From positions 1 to 32,670 of the forward strand of contig JYFJ02005181.1 in the NCBI GenBank assembly GCA_000934665.2: a stretch of DNA of 32,670 nt. Direction: 5' to 3'. Of this stretch, positions 22,566 to 32,670 are shown piece after piece (positions within the stretch are counted from its first letter, which is position 1; each line of letters opens with the position of its first letter). The stretch comes from Catajapyx aquilonaris. Lineage: Eukaryota. A model generated the notes under the pieces. It was not told the origin of the DNA. It ran no database searches and worked only from the letters and a program-made list of their open reading frames with translations. Made by a program: the position numbers and the translations under genes.

Positions 22566-25500
22566 CAACAACTTTAATGAGATGGCAGCCGATTTATCAC
22601 GTAGTAGCATTCTTCTCGCATAGATGGCGCACACACCCTCTGCACACTCCTGCCACCTTCAGGTCGTGAGAGAGATAGATACTATCAGGTCGGACAAACG
22701 TCCGATGGAGAGAATAAGCCTATTAGGAGAAAGATAGATTGGATGTGTTTTACATATCTACACATGTGAATATGCGTATATCCTCCCGGATTCTGGTTCC
22801 AAGATTGAGCTCTAGTTCAATTTCGGCCACTGTATGGATATGGTTAATTTTAATTTCGCCATAAGAATGGCAAGTACTTCCATTGCCTCTAGGAAACATT
22901 TTTCTGGCTGGAAGAAGCAGGGCAAGTGATTCATTGTTTACAAGTGAATATCGAATTTTTCTGGCTCATTTCCATAGCATTAGAGCCAGAAATATGTTAT
23001 TCACTTGTCAACAATAGACGGTACAATTTACTAGTCTCTCATCTAGTAGCCATTGTTGCCACTGGCAGAATGTATGAATTAAACTTTATTCGTGCTGAAA
23101 TTTCTGATATTGTGGAAACTACGCATTTTTTTGAAGGTCGTAAATGCATAACACAGCGATACATTCAAGGTAACTTACATAACCGTAATTTGAGAGGGGG
23201 CGATTACCACTGCGCAAATCTTTTTGAGTGGCAGCCGGTACATATGTCGAGTACAGTGCACTGAATTTGCCCCCTCCTAGTTTTACTCAGATTAAATAAA
23301 CTATCCTGACCTTGCACAGGTTTACAGTGATTTTGGATACGGCCCAACTTAAATCAAGTGGCCCCCGCCGGTCTATTAGCCACTCACGTCTTTCAAACCA
23401 ATCACGCCCTCATGCCGGACATAACCTTACATTCTTACGCATCAAACACTTATTACAACATCGTAATACTTGCATAACCGAACGTAAAGTGGCGAGGTGG
23501 GCGACCCGGGCTGCCATTTTGTATTGCGCTAAGCGGCCATATTGGATTGTGACGTCACTAATGGCCGCCGATTGAGGTTAATGGTGTTAATCTTTGCATA
23601 GAAAACCAGATGGATCCTTTGGCTGACTGAATCCATCTAATAATAGACCCCCTGGGAAGATCCAAGAAAAGAAAGTGTGACGTCACGCGACATTTGCTGC
23701 TCTCTTGACCTTCTTTTGTTGGGGACGCGTCCAAATGACTCACTTGTTTTCGTTTCCAGCTCTTTATCAGGCTGTATTGATGGACGAGTTTATTAGCCTG
23801 TAAATGTAATCAGCAGATTTTTATATAATGTGGAGTCATGCATTTTTGTTGGAGCACGCCACTGGCTCGTCCTATTTGACTGCTTTTTGCTACATCTTGC
23901 GATACGTCATCACTCCAGGATTGGCCAACAGATGGCTCCATATTGTAGGCGTGGAAGCCTCTTGTGGTTCAGGAATGTATGCCTAACCACATGTGAAGGA
24001 CGAAAGAACCTGTTAGAAGTGTGTAGCTGTTATAGGAGGAAGGGCTGGAAGTTATTGGGTGGAAATTATATTTAAATAATCAGAAAAATAGTTACAAACA
24101 AAACGTCAGTCGGAACTTTCAGAAAATGTGGTGGTGAAAATCCTCTCTCCAAAGACCCAAATGGTTGTACAATTTGGTGAATATTGTACGTTTTTTTGCT
24201 GATAGTTTGCAATAATAGTCGTAATATTTGGTCCTAATGGAGTGTAAGGTTATAGGCCAATTTACGCGACAAAAATCCAGATTTTTTTTTAAAAAAAGCT
24301 ATTGCGTACTGATAATAGGGATCATCCTACGTGTTAGGCAACCCAAAACCAGCACCTAAGCAGCATGGGTTTCCTGACCTTTGCAGCACTTGTGTGGGTC
24401 AATAGTGAAGAAAGGTGCAATTTCATTTCAAAAAATGTAAATGACCTTTAAATAAATATATTTTTAAATAAAAATAGTTATTACCCCCAACCATGTTGGG
24501 ATTATCACAATTAACCTAAATTTGCAATAGTGGGCAAGCAGCCTGTATGCTATGGGGTAACAGCTAGTTGTTATTATAAATATTTGTATATTTGAAACAT
24601 TCTTAGTTATTTGTAACATTGCTTATTTATTTATTCATTCATTTATTTATTTATGTAAACTTGGTAGTGTCCTTTATTGCCACATGATACGAAACATATC
24701 GAAACATGACACCAAACTGGGACAACAAACAAACAAACTTTGACTTTCATTACATAGATTGTTATTCACACTTTACCCACAGTACTTGGTATGCAAATGT
24801 TCATGCAACAGGCTGTGTATTAGCTACCATACCATTGGTTACATAGCAGCTGGGCTATATCATACGTGTCACCAATGACCCAAGTGCGTACACTAGCTGT
24901 GATTTTAGTCTCAGGGCGGACACTGCCCGAGGTACACGGTCTAAAGTAAGTTCTAAAACTAAATTAAGTTTTTACAGACTTTTTTTTTTTTTAAAAAAAA
25001 AAGAAAGAGTGCGTAGTAGCGCGGTGTCTAAATATAAAGGTGACTCGAGTGTTGTGATTACGTGTCTTTGGACTTGGAGGATTGGCATTAGCAAGGGCGT
25101 TGTCGTCGCTGCTTTTTTTCGGGGTAAGTTTGTGGCCTGAGTTGTCTCTGCATCTGATAACTTGTGTACCAAGAAAATTGTTTGGAGGAAGTGAGGTCAC
25201 CGGTAGTTGATAAAAGTTTGAGGGTGTATGGTCAGTCGGAAAGAGAGAGTTGATGGAGCCAGTTTGCTTAGTAGGAAGGCCGGGAGAACCTTTCTATTCC
25301 TACTGTGCTGTGGTGGATACAGGTACGACCTAATTTGTTGTCCAATTAACTGTTTAAAAATTTAAAAAAAAATTGGCGAGAAAAATTTTGAGATTAATTT
25401 GTGGCCCCGGTTGCATCAGAGAAAATTAGCGAAAGTCACACGTTTTTTCCACACAATAATATATTTGTAATATAACAACAGGGGATTTTGCACATAATCT

Positions 25501-26379
25501 CATATTTTTGACGTAATCAAAGATTTAGCACGTAATCGGATATTTTGAATTAGTTGAGGGTCACTTTGTCGGGGACAGTTAGCGAAAATCACAGATTCTT
25601 CACACAATAATATATTTGTAATATAATAATCGGGGATTTTGCACATAATCACAGATTTTTGACGTAATCAAAGATTTAGCACGTAATCGGATTAGTTGAG
25701 GGTCACTTTTTATCGGGGACAATATTAGCGAAAATCACATATTACATCATCAGATTTTTTTAAAAAAATAATTGAAGATTTTGCACATAATCCGATAATT
25801 TGAATTAGTTGAATTAGTTATTGGGGACAATTAGCGAAAATCACAGATATTTTTAAGCAATGAGAGAGTTTTAAAATAATAGATTTTGCACATAATAGGA
25901 TGTTTTTTTTGGAATAAATTGAGCGTCAGTTTATTACAGGGACAATTAGGGAAAATCTCAGATATTTTTCACATACTGGTAATTGGAGATTTTTGACATA
26001 AACTCAGATTTTGCACAAAATCGCATATTTGTGATGTAGAGATTTAGCACATAATCAGAGATTTAGGGTCAGTTAATCAGAGACAATTTTCCGCATAAGC
26101 CGGCATTTTTGACATTGTTAGATTTTTCACATAATGTCATATTTTTGACTGAGAGATTTAGCACATAATCGGATATTTTGAATTAATTGAGCATGAGTTT
26201 ATCGGGGACATTTAGTGAAAATTTCAAATTACTCGCAGGTGTTCGTAATGTGAAATATTATTTTCGTAATTCACAAACTGATCTGATATTACTGAGATAA
26301 TATTAATAGTGAATAAATCTGAGTGCGTCTACTTATAGTGCAATAGTGGTCTTAACCAGTTTTACAGCATGCAACAGGT

Positions 26380-26439
<60 letters not shown>

Positions 26440-29400
26440 NATTATTTTAAATTTAATTTTAAATAATGTTGCTCATTTTACTCCGGGCAATAGTTTGAAT
26501 AAGACACCTGCACGTTTAACTGAGGTTTTTGCAGACGCGCAAAACCGGTTTGACCACGCCTAGAAACACAAAAGGACCGGTTTTTTGGCACATTCTGTAC
26601 CTGTTGCAGGCAGGTAGAATTCACGAATTCTGTTGACTGCCAGCAACGTAAGTAACTGGGTGTGTTATAAGTACCTAACGATTAAACCGGATGTTTCGTA
26701 AGTTACATACCGGTGTCTCAGGAATTTCCATGTTCACATCCTGTAGTAGACTAATATTCGTATGAAATGAGTTGCGTCACTTCCATTCTTAATATACATT
26801 GGTACGGACGTGCTTATCAAACTGATTGGAGTTGTATGATATATATTCCCGGTTTTTGACTGGAAAATATGAAATATCGCAGACAGTGGAAGCCAGATTT
26901 ATTTGAGACACCTTATGCATTTTAGTGGTTGCGTAACTTGTGTTTATAAGGAGCCTAAACAGTGCTGTTCTGTGGCTGGATTTTCCTCTTGATGATTCCT
27001 AGATTGGGTTTGAAGTGGGTCACTCGTGGCATGAGAAGTGTGTGAGTGTGAGTGTGGACATATAAGGGAAGCCAGTGAGAGTTGACCTTGTGCAGGATTC
27101 TCTCCCAACGACATGGTGTGTTCCAAGCGAAATTTGTTGGGGATGTGCGGTGTGTGAAGGACTTGCACTTGGGGAGGCTAAAGGGGACAATGCCTTCGGA
27201 GGAGTCACCTCTGTGCATGACTTGAATACCAGATTCTTGGAGCCAGAACCAGATCGGTGGGTTGGCAGAAGGAAATGGTTGGACGGATATCAGAAAATGC
27301 CAAATATGCTGGGAGTGAATTACCCCTTAATATGGATTGTTTTATGGTCGTTTATAGCATGTTTTTTTATTCTTTCCTCTAGACGCATTGTTGGCGGACC
27401 TGCAGAGTACAGTATCACCGCACAGCTCCGGTGTTGGATCTTTGGGCAGCGGGTACGGGTCTCTTGATTCGTCTCACAAGCATCATCACAGAACTCCGGT
27501 GCTGAGCACCACCGGAAGACACGACTACGACTTCACCGTAGGGACTACTCCCACGGTAAGCTTGGCCGTGGACTTGTAAATTGCCTGCTTGCAAGTCACA
27601 TCCAGAGGGTGATTGCAACATCATGAATATCTGTGTGTCTTGAATATATCAGTAGATATGCATATGTATGAATATCCTCATAGCGCATCAATGTTCAATG
27701 ATGGTATTCGCTATGAATGTCACGCTACATTTACAGCTATTATTTTAATTGACATTCATGATAATTATATATTCATGATGCCCACTTGTACCACAGTAGT
27801 ACTTGGATATGATGATTGATTGGTATTCATTTCTCCGCAGCATGTGTATCAAAACCAGAGCGGATCACTGAGTGGCGGCGGTAGTCCCAGGTCAGCCAAC
27901 AGTCCTGCCGCTAAAATGTCCACCTTCAACAACAACCTCTCGGAACTGGATACTCTCCTGCAGGACCTCAGCAATGCCAGATACACCACGAATGTCACCT
28001 ATTCGGAAAAGAAAGGTAAATTGGAGTCAGGTGCACCTAAAACTAAGTACTGTTGGTGAAGATAATGGTAAGCAAAGGTTGATTCACACAAATACACCCG
28101 AATATAAATTGCCTGTTGATTTAGTTAATTGAATAATGACAAAGGATAGAAAATCAGTACAACAGATGAGGGCAACTGGTAGTAGTGACATTTTCAGAAG
28201 GATAGAGTTGATTAAGATTTAACATTGTCTTGAAGGAAATATATTGCAGTATTAAGTGAGCTTTCAGCACAATTTGCATTAAGCAACAAGTATAATTTTG
28301 TGGTTGGCGTTGAATGGTGGCCTTTCGTCAGCATTACAACACATGAGCAGGAAGAGAGGACATTTCTGGTGCTAGCATTTGCTTAGTGAAAAGTACATAA
28401 GCAACTTTTTTTTTGTAAAGAAAGGAGACGTGGTGCAGACATGGGCCAGATTTAGAATTTCATGGCCAGTCGTAAGTTTGTGGGAGTTTAACAGGATAGA
28501 CATGCCTTAAAATAGAGGTGTGGGCAAGAGGAAAGGTGACAGGGTGTGCCAAAAATGAGTGATGGACTGTAATTTACACGAATTGGAATTTTCACAGCAT
28601 TTTCATTACTGTATATTTTGAGCTTGATTTCAAGTCTAAAATAATAACCTCTCTTTACGTTCTGTACTGAGTACCTGAAATTTGCTGTATATTAATTGCT
28701 TTTACACTGTGTTAAACATTTTATTCCAATAGTAGCATGTACTTATTGTCGAGAAAAAATTGCATTGAAGTCTGTGCTGCAAAAACCTCTTACAAATTAC
28801 ACCTACATACCTATTTTAGTTTGTGAAGCAAATATTTCTCGAAATCTTCTAGCATTAAATGGGAGACCCAGTTATGTGTGTAATAAGTAATGCAGCAAAT
28901 ATTTTATCACAATTTAAAATGTCAAGTACTTAATGATAGATGCAAGGGCTTGTTTTATTGCAAATGGCGCATATTTTTGAAGAATTTTGAATCATCGTGA
29001 GAGTGGCCCATTTTTCAAATGCTGCTCAATGTTGATAAATCGAATACATGAGAACATCATGCTAGCTTCTCTGTGCGAAGATCATGTTTACAACTTATGT
29101 TCAGATGCCACTAAAGTGAGTCATATGTACTTAAATTACTTATATTTAATACTTATAATGTGCACAAGTAGAGATGTTTCCCTCTTTTTTTTGATACCGC
29201 CAGGTATAACCTTCAGGAAAATATTACAAACTTGGATTTTCTAGCTACTCAAATTACAGGCATGTTAAGTCATTCATTCCATGAGGCATACACTGAAGCT
29301 ATATCCATTTAAACTGTATTAAGACGATCATGCTAGTATATTTAAAACATCCAGATGTCGTAAATGCAATAATTTTTAATGAGCTTTTATTTGCTTTGCA

Positions 29401-29552
29401 GAGATGACAGCACTGACAAATGGAGGTCGGCCAGTGTCCCCGCAACCATTAGTGTCAGTCACCACAACGACTGCTGCCCCAAGGTCACCTGTTCCTGGGT
29501 CAAGGCCATCTGTAGACGCTCTTTTGAATGAACTTGATATAGTTCAGAATGG
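17583..29552 (+). CDS. PXN: Paxillin, 5'-partial; join(17583..17595,27383..27555,27841..28015,29402..29552); continues beyond the window
   Basis: Spliced translation MEDLDALLADLQ (LD1)...HVYQN...NLSELDTLLQDLSNARY (LD2)...RPSVDALLNELD (LD3); GT-AG sites with matching phases (1,0,1; last donor phase 2). Confidence 0.92.
20147..20402. mobile_element. Possible Helentron-associated non-autonomous element (DINE-1/HINE-like)
   Basis: T-rich start, (GTCT)n microsatellite, caaggtc and accggaa/ttccggt motifs, CTAG near the end. Confidence 0.35.
21366..21668. mobile_element. MITE copy 1, interrupted by a nested fold-back element
   Basis: Ends gtttgtccggggcgagtcat / atgactcaccccagaccaac; homologous to 22328-22459. 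Confidence 0.7.
21479..21610. mobile_element. Fold-back MITE, 61/62-bp arms and 9-nt loop, TA-flanked (Tc1/mariner-like)
   Basis: Arms 21479-21539 and 21549-21610 differ by 6 substitutions and 1 indel. Confidence 0.8.
22127..22268 (+). CDS. PXN: Candidate alternative paxillin first exon A (MATLLELPPRSPRP...YYYEDNL)
   Basis: Good start context acaATGG; GC-rich S/R/P-rich frame; donor CTCA|GTACGG in phase 1, compatible with exon 2; initiator-like TCAGTC at 22058. Confidence 0.55.
22328..22459. mobile_element. MITE copy 2, lacking the nested insert
   Basis: ~29-bp TIRs tttgtccggagtgagtcatcacctcaact / agttgaggtgatggctcaccctggacaaa. Confidence 0.75.
22505..22564. repeat. (TAA)20 microsatellite
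   Basis: Read directly; explains the poly-Ile ORFs. Confidence 0.97.
22592..22699 (-). mobile_element. MITE copy 3, partial and inverted
   Basis: Reverse complement contains gtggcaggagtgtg...gcgccatctatgcgag as at 21424-21466; ends cggacaaac. Confidence 0.6.
25253..25322 (+). CDS. PXN: Candidate alternative paxillin first exon B (MEPVCLVGRPGEPFYSYCAVVDT)
   Basis: Donor CAG|GTACGA in phase 1, compatible with exon 2; initiator-like TCAGTC at 25232. Confidence 0.45.
25426..26220. repeat. Degenerate satellite, ~105-155 bp units built from ~20-bp subunits
   Basis: ttagcgaaaatcaca...ggggaca recurs at ~25426, 25579, 25725, 25831, 25946 and 26212; subunit gattttgcacataatc. Confidence 0.85.
26383..26440. 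repeat. (AT)n microsatellite ending in an N
   Basis: Read directly; the N at 26440 marks assembly uncertainty. Confidence 0.97.
27383..27555 (+). CDS. PXN: Paxillin exon 2 (LD1)
   Basis: tctttcctctag|(D)ALLADLQSTVSP...GTTPT|gtaagc. Confidence 0.92.
27841..28015 (+). CDS. PXN: Paxillin exon 3 (LD2)
   Basis: tttctccgcag|HVYQN...NLSELDTLLQDLSNARY...EKK(E)|gtaaat. Confidence 0.93.
29402..29552 (+). CDS. PXN: Paxillin exon 4 (LD3)
   Basis: ttgctttgcag|(E)MTALTNGGRPVSP...RPSVDALLNELDIVQN(G)|gtgagt. Confidence 0.9.
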
Positions 29553-30321
29553 GTGAGTCTCATCTCCCTTTCACAAAGCCTGGTTTTATACTTTCGATAA
29601 GACTCCTTAAAACAGTTTGGGCAGAGCTGAGGTTAAAATTTAATGGACTTTATTAAATGGAAAGTTTATCAGCATTCATGCACTGTTTGTGATGTAGCCA
29701 GAACTTGATTTGTGAGAGTCTTTGTTAAGAATTAACGAAGGATGTATTTTTTACATTGCGTTACCTTGCACCCAAGCTTGCACCCTATTATCATGTCCAA
29801 AATGAATGTTTCAACTAATGTGAACCAACATTTGGTCTAAGGATCTGTTTCAATAATTTTAGTGTAAGTTACTAAGATAGGGAAACCTGCCTACAGCAGA
29901 CCCTGGATTTATGGAAATTTTTGTGTAATGCAGGAAAATTTTGTGGACCAGGAAGCAAGGCAGGATTTTCCTTGTGTTTTTGTAAGGTGTAGCGGAACTT
30001 GTCTGACACTATAATGAACAACATTTTATGGCTCTTTATAAGGGCAAACCATGTCTATATCAGAACTTACGCTGAGTCAGGATACCATTTCACAAATACT
30101 CTGAATTGGGAGAAGAGGGAAAATATTGGTGTGGGTGGCATGTGGGTGAGGAAAAGAGCCTCAGTAAGTAAAAATTTCATGGTGTGACTCATAAATTCGA
30201 CGTGTGAAAAGAACATGGACTTGACAGCATTAATTCGGAGACGTGCTAATGCACCACAATACTTAATATTGTCCAATAGAGCAGAAATGTGTCTATTGTG
30301 GAACATGGTCATAGTGTTATA

Positions 30322-30543
30322 CAGGGTGTTCCAAGTTTGCAGGTCGTTTTTTAATCACTAATATCGCCCTATGTAGTTATTTTTGTGTAGCTTGTTGTGC
30401 CCCCGATCCAGTTGCCCAGTTTAATACTCCCAGGTAGTCGAACATAGCAGAGGGCACCTGCGGTTGGGGGCGCAACAAGCTACAAAAAATAACAGCTTCA
30501 GGCAAAATTTCCTATAGCCTAACTAAAAACTTGAAACACCCTG
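30322..30543. mobile_element. Tc1/mariner-type MITE
   Basis: TA|CAGGGTGTTCCAAGTTT ... AAACTTGAAACACCCTG|CA; internal inverted repeat gttatttttgtgtagcttgttgtgccccc / gggggcgcaacaagctacaaaaaataac. Confidence 0.8.
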
Positions 30544-32670
30544 CATACACGTAAAAACTAAACTTAATTTTTACCTATTAAGATACTCCGCTGAGAAGTA
30601 TGGTTTTTAAAATACCGAATTTTGAATTATTTTAGATTGCATTCGATGACAGATGGTGTGAGAGCCCTTTTCGATCGTATTTTATTTAATTTTTGGGTCA
30701 ATGATACGATATTAATAATTTATAGAGGTGTATGTTACTCACTAAAATTGAAATTAATGAAGGTAAATTGTGTGCTCATTACTGGCTTCCGATTATATTA
30801 TCCCATTTCGTGAGTAGTCTGTGATTCAATGCAACCAATGATTGCATGATCATTGATGTTATGAAATGTTATGCTTTGTCAACAACAGGCAATTCCAAGA
30901 ATTGGAAGTTTCAGTCATTGCCTTACAAATATGTAGAAAATCAATTAGGTAAGCAAATATTAATGCATGTAACAAAATGCCATGTGTTTCAGAATTTAGT
31001 GGGCATCCGCATCATTGAAAATCTTGCAATGCTCAACTTAGTTGCCTCGTCTTTTGGCACATAGTTATGTATACCATTGTCGAGTGCATTAGATTCTCTG
31101 TATGTCACTCACTGCTATAGAGATGCATATGAGGCAAGAATAGCCACTGGAAATAGGCATATGATAGATTTGTACTGATAAAAATGTGAGCTAAGTTCTG
31201 AATCATGCTGCATTTTAAGTTGTTGCCAAAGGTGAAGTCATGAACCATTATAAGACCTTAATGTTCCCTGCTGAATTCCAGAAATTAATGTTAGCAGGGT
31301 TAGCTGAAGAAGCAGAAACGTTGCCCAGCAGACCACACAACAGCTAATGTCATAGCTGTATGCAATATCGAAAGAAATAGTTTTATGCATTTCCATAGCC
31401 GCGGTTTTTCTCAGTTTCCTAAAAATATTCGCTGAGCTGTCTTATGAGTTTGCAGAAAGTCGACACACCAGAACGTAACAGAGTGTATGTCCAAAATGAA
31501 TTTCCACTGTCTGTGGTGGAATTCTTGGCTGACAGTTATGGTGTGACATTGATTATTGACATAACTTTACAATGAAGGATTTATTTTTGGCATATTTTGG
31601 TAGGTAGTGCAGGAATGCTTTGACAAGGAACACTGGGATGCAGACAACATTTGTAAACACGTCACATAAGTGGGGCATTTTTTTAACGCCTGGGCATAAA
31701 CAATGTGTTACAGTACTTTTGTGGTGCAGTGAAAGATTCAAGTTCCATTGCACAGTTTCCTAATTACATCAAATTTATTATTCAAGATAGGATTAAGAGT
31801 TCCTCTAGTGAATTCCTGTTTGCCACTTGAAATCAATCTACTAATGAACTGCTAATAAACTGTGGTTTCTGATGCAATCTTTGGAGGCCAGCAATAAGCC
31901 TGCAACTGCTAAACCTTGAGAGCTTCCGTATTCTGCTTATGTGTAAAAAGTGTGGGCATCCATTAGAATGATTAGATTATTATTGGCCGCATGGAACAAC
32001 AAGGACATCTGCCGTACCATTATTATTTGCTGAATAACACATCCAATTATGACCCCCCACCCGTCACAACTACTGCTGACATTCTTCGGTGAACAACCGC
32101 ATTTTAACAACCAAATTCAAGCAATTACATAGTGAGGCCTTGCGGAAAGAGATTTTTTCAGAAGGGAAGTGATCACATCTACAAAACTATATAGTGAAAG
32201 CGAAACTAGTGGCGAGTGGGAGAAAGGGAAAATGAATGAATGAAGATTATTTAATGGACTCTTACAAGCGAGTGGGCGCTATGAAGGGGAAAGGAATTGA
32301 CTGGTAAAAGAGCACATAAGTTGCAAGTCAGCACAACCTTAATTTGTGGATGTTATAACATCTTAGAAACCATTTCTGAATTCAGGAAGTGCAAAGAAGC
32401 AATGGCAGATGCAAACCTTAATGAAAATGTCAAGCACAGAATCTATTGGAAAAGGCTGCATGGGCACAATGCCATTCATGCAACGGCATCGGGATTGCAA
32501 GTCATTGAAGGTCATGGTGTAATATGCCAAGAACTTTCATTATTATAACCAGTTTCTAATGTATGGATATTATCAAGAGTAAATAATACAGAGTGACTGA
32601 CTCCCTATGCTGTTCCATACTGGCCGTGTGCTCATCTCTTTGGTGGAAGTGTCGCCTCCCCACGAGGGCG

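Noticed and set aside
22438..22634. Poly-Ile ORFs on both strands
   Set aside because: Translation of the (TAA)n microsatellite
25228..25322. ORF MVSRKERVDG...LLCCGGY as a paxillin leader
   Set aside because: Ends in phase 2, out of frame with exon 2, and lies upstream of the putative initiator
11204..26220. Repeat arrays (11204-11310, 25426-26220) as CRISPR-like loci
   Set aside because: Eukaryotic context, degenerate head-to-tail units without unique spacers, no cas genes
27075..27467. 130-aa ORF, and a possible mini first exon (ATG near 27275, donor GGA|GTGAAT)
   Set aside because: The ORF runs through the acceptor in a non-paxillin frame; the donor is weak; no recognisable homology
32297..32548. 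ORF whose internal acceptor is phase-compatible with paxillin exon 4
   Set aside because: No LD or LIM features, weak splice sites

Overview
Eukaryotic (metazoan, probably arthropod by inference from the paxillin LD2 sequence and 54-77 nt introns) genomic DNA, AT-rich, with GT-AG introns; most ORFs in the supplied track are spurious. Two genes are well supported, both on +. (1) A complete 6-exon PPIL2/Cyp60 gene (U-box E3 ligase plus cyclophilin domain, 519 aa, 13707-16430). (2) The 5' part of a paxillin gene (MEDL|DALLADL, LD1-LD3; exons at 17583, 27383, 27841, 29402; the LIM domains are not in the window). The 9.8 kb first paxillin intron splits the LD1 Asp codon and holds two phase-compatible candidate alternative first exons, each preceded by the same GGTCAGTCGG initiator-like 10-mer, which would rewrite LD1. 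A Met positioned like the vertebrate paxillin-delta start precedes LD2. The left 13 kb has no recognisable intact gene. It holds scrambled duplicated blocks, frameshifted fossils of an OTU deubiquitinase domain and a protein kinase (possibly cargo of one decayed large transposon), and an orphan promoter-like cluster with a strong minus-strand splice donor. MITEs (hAT-, Tc1/pogo- and Harbinger-like, some nested), a 132-bp fold-back, a ~150-bp satellite and microsatellites are also present. All calls come from manual reading; no searches were run.
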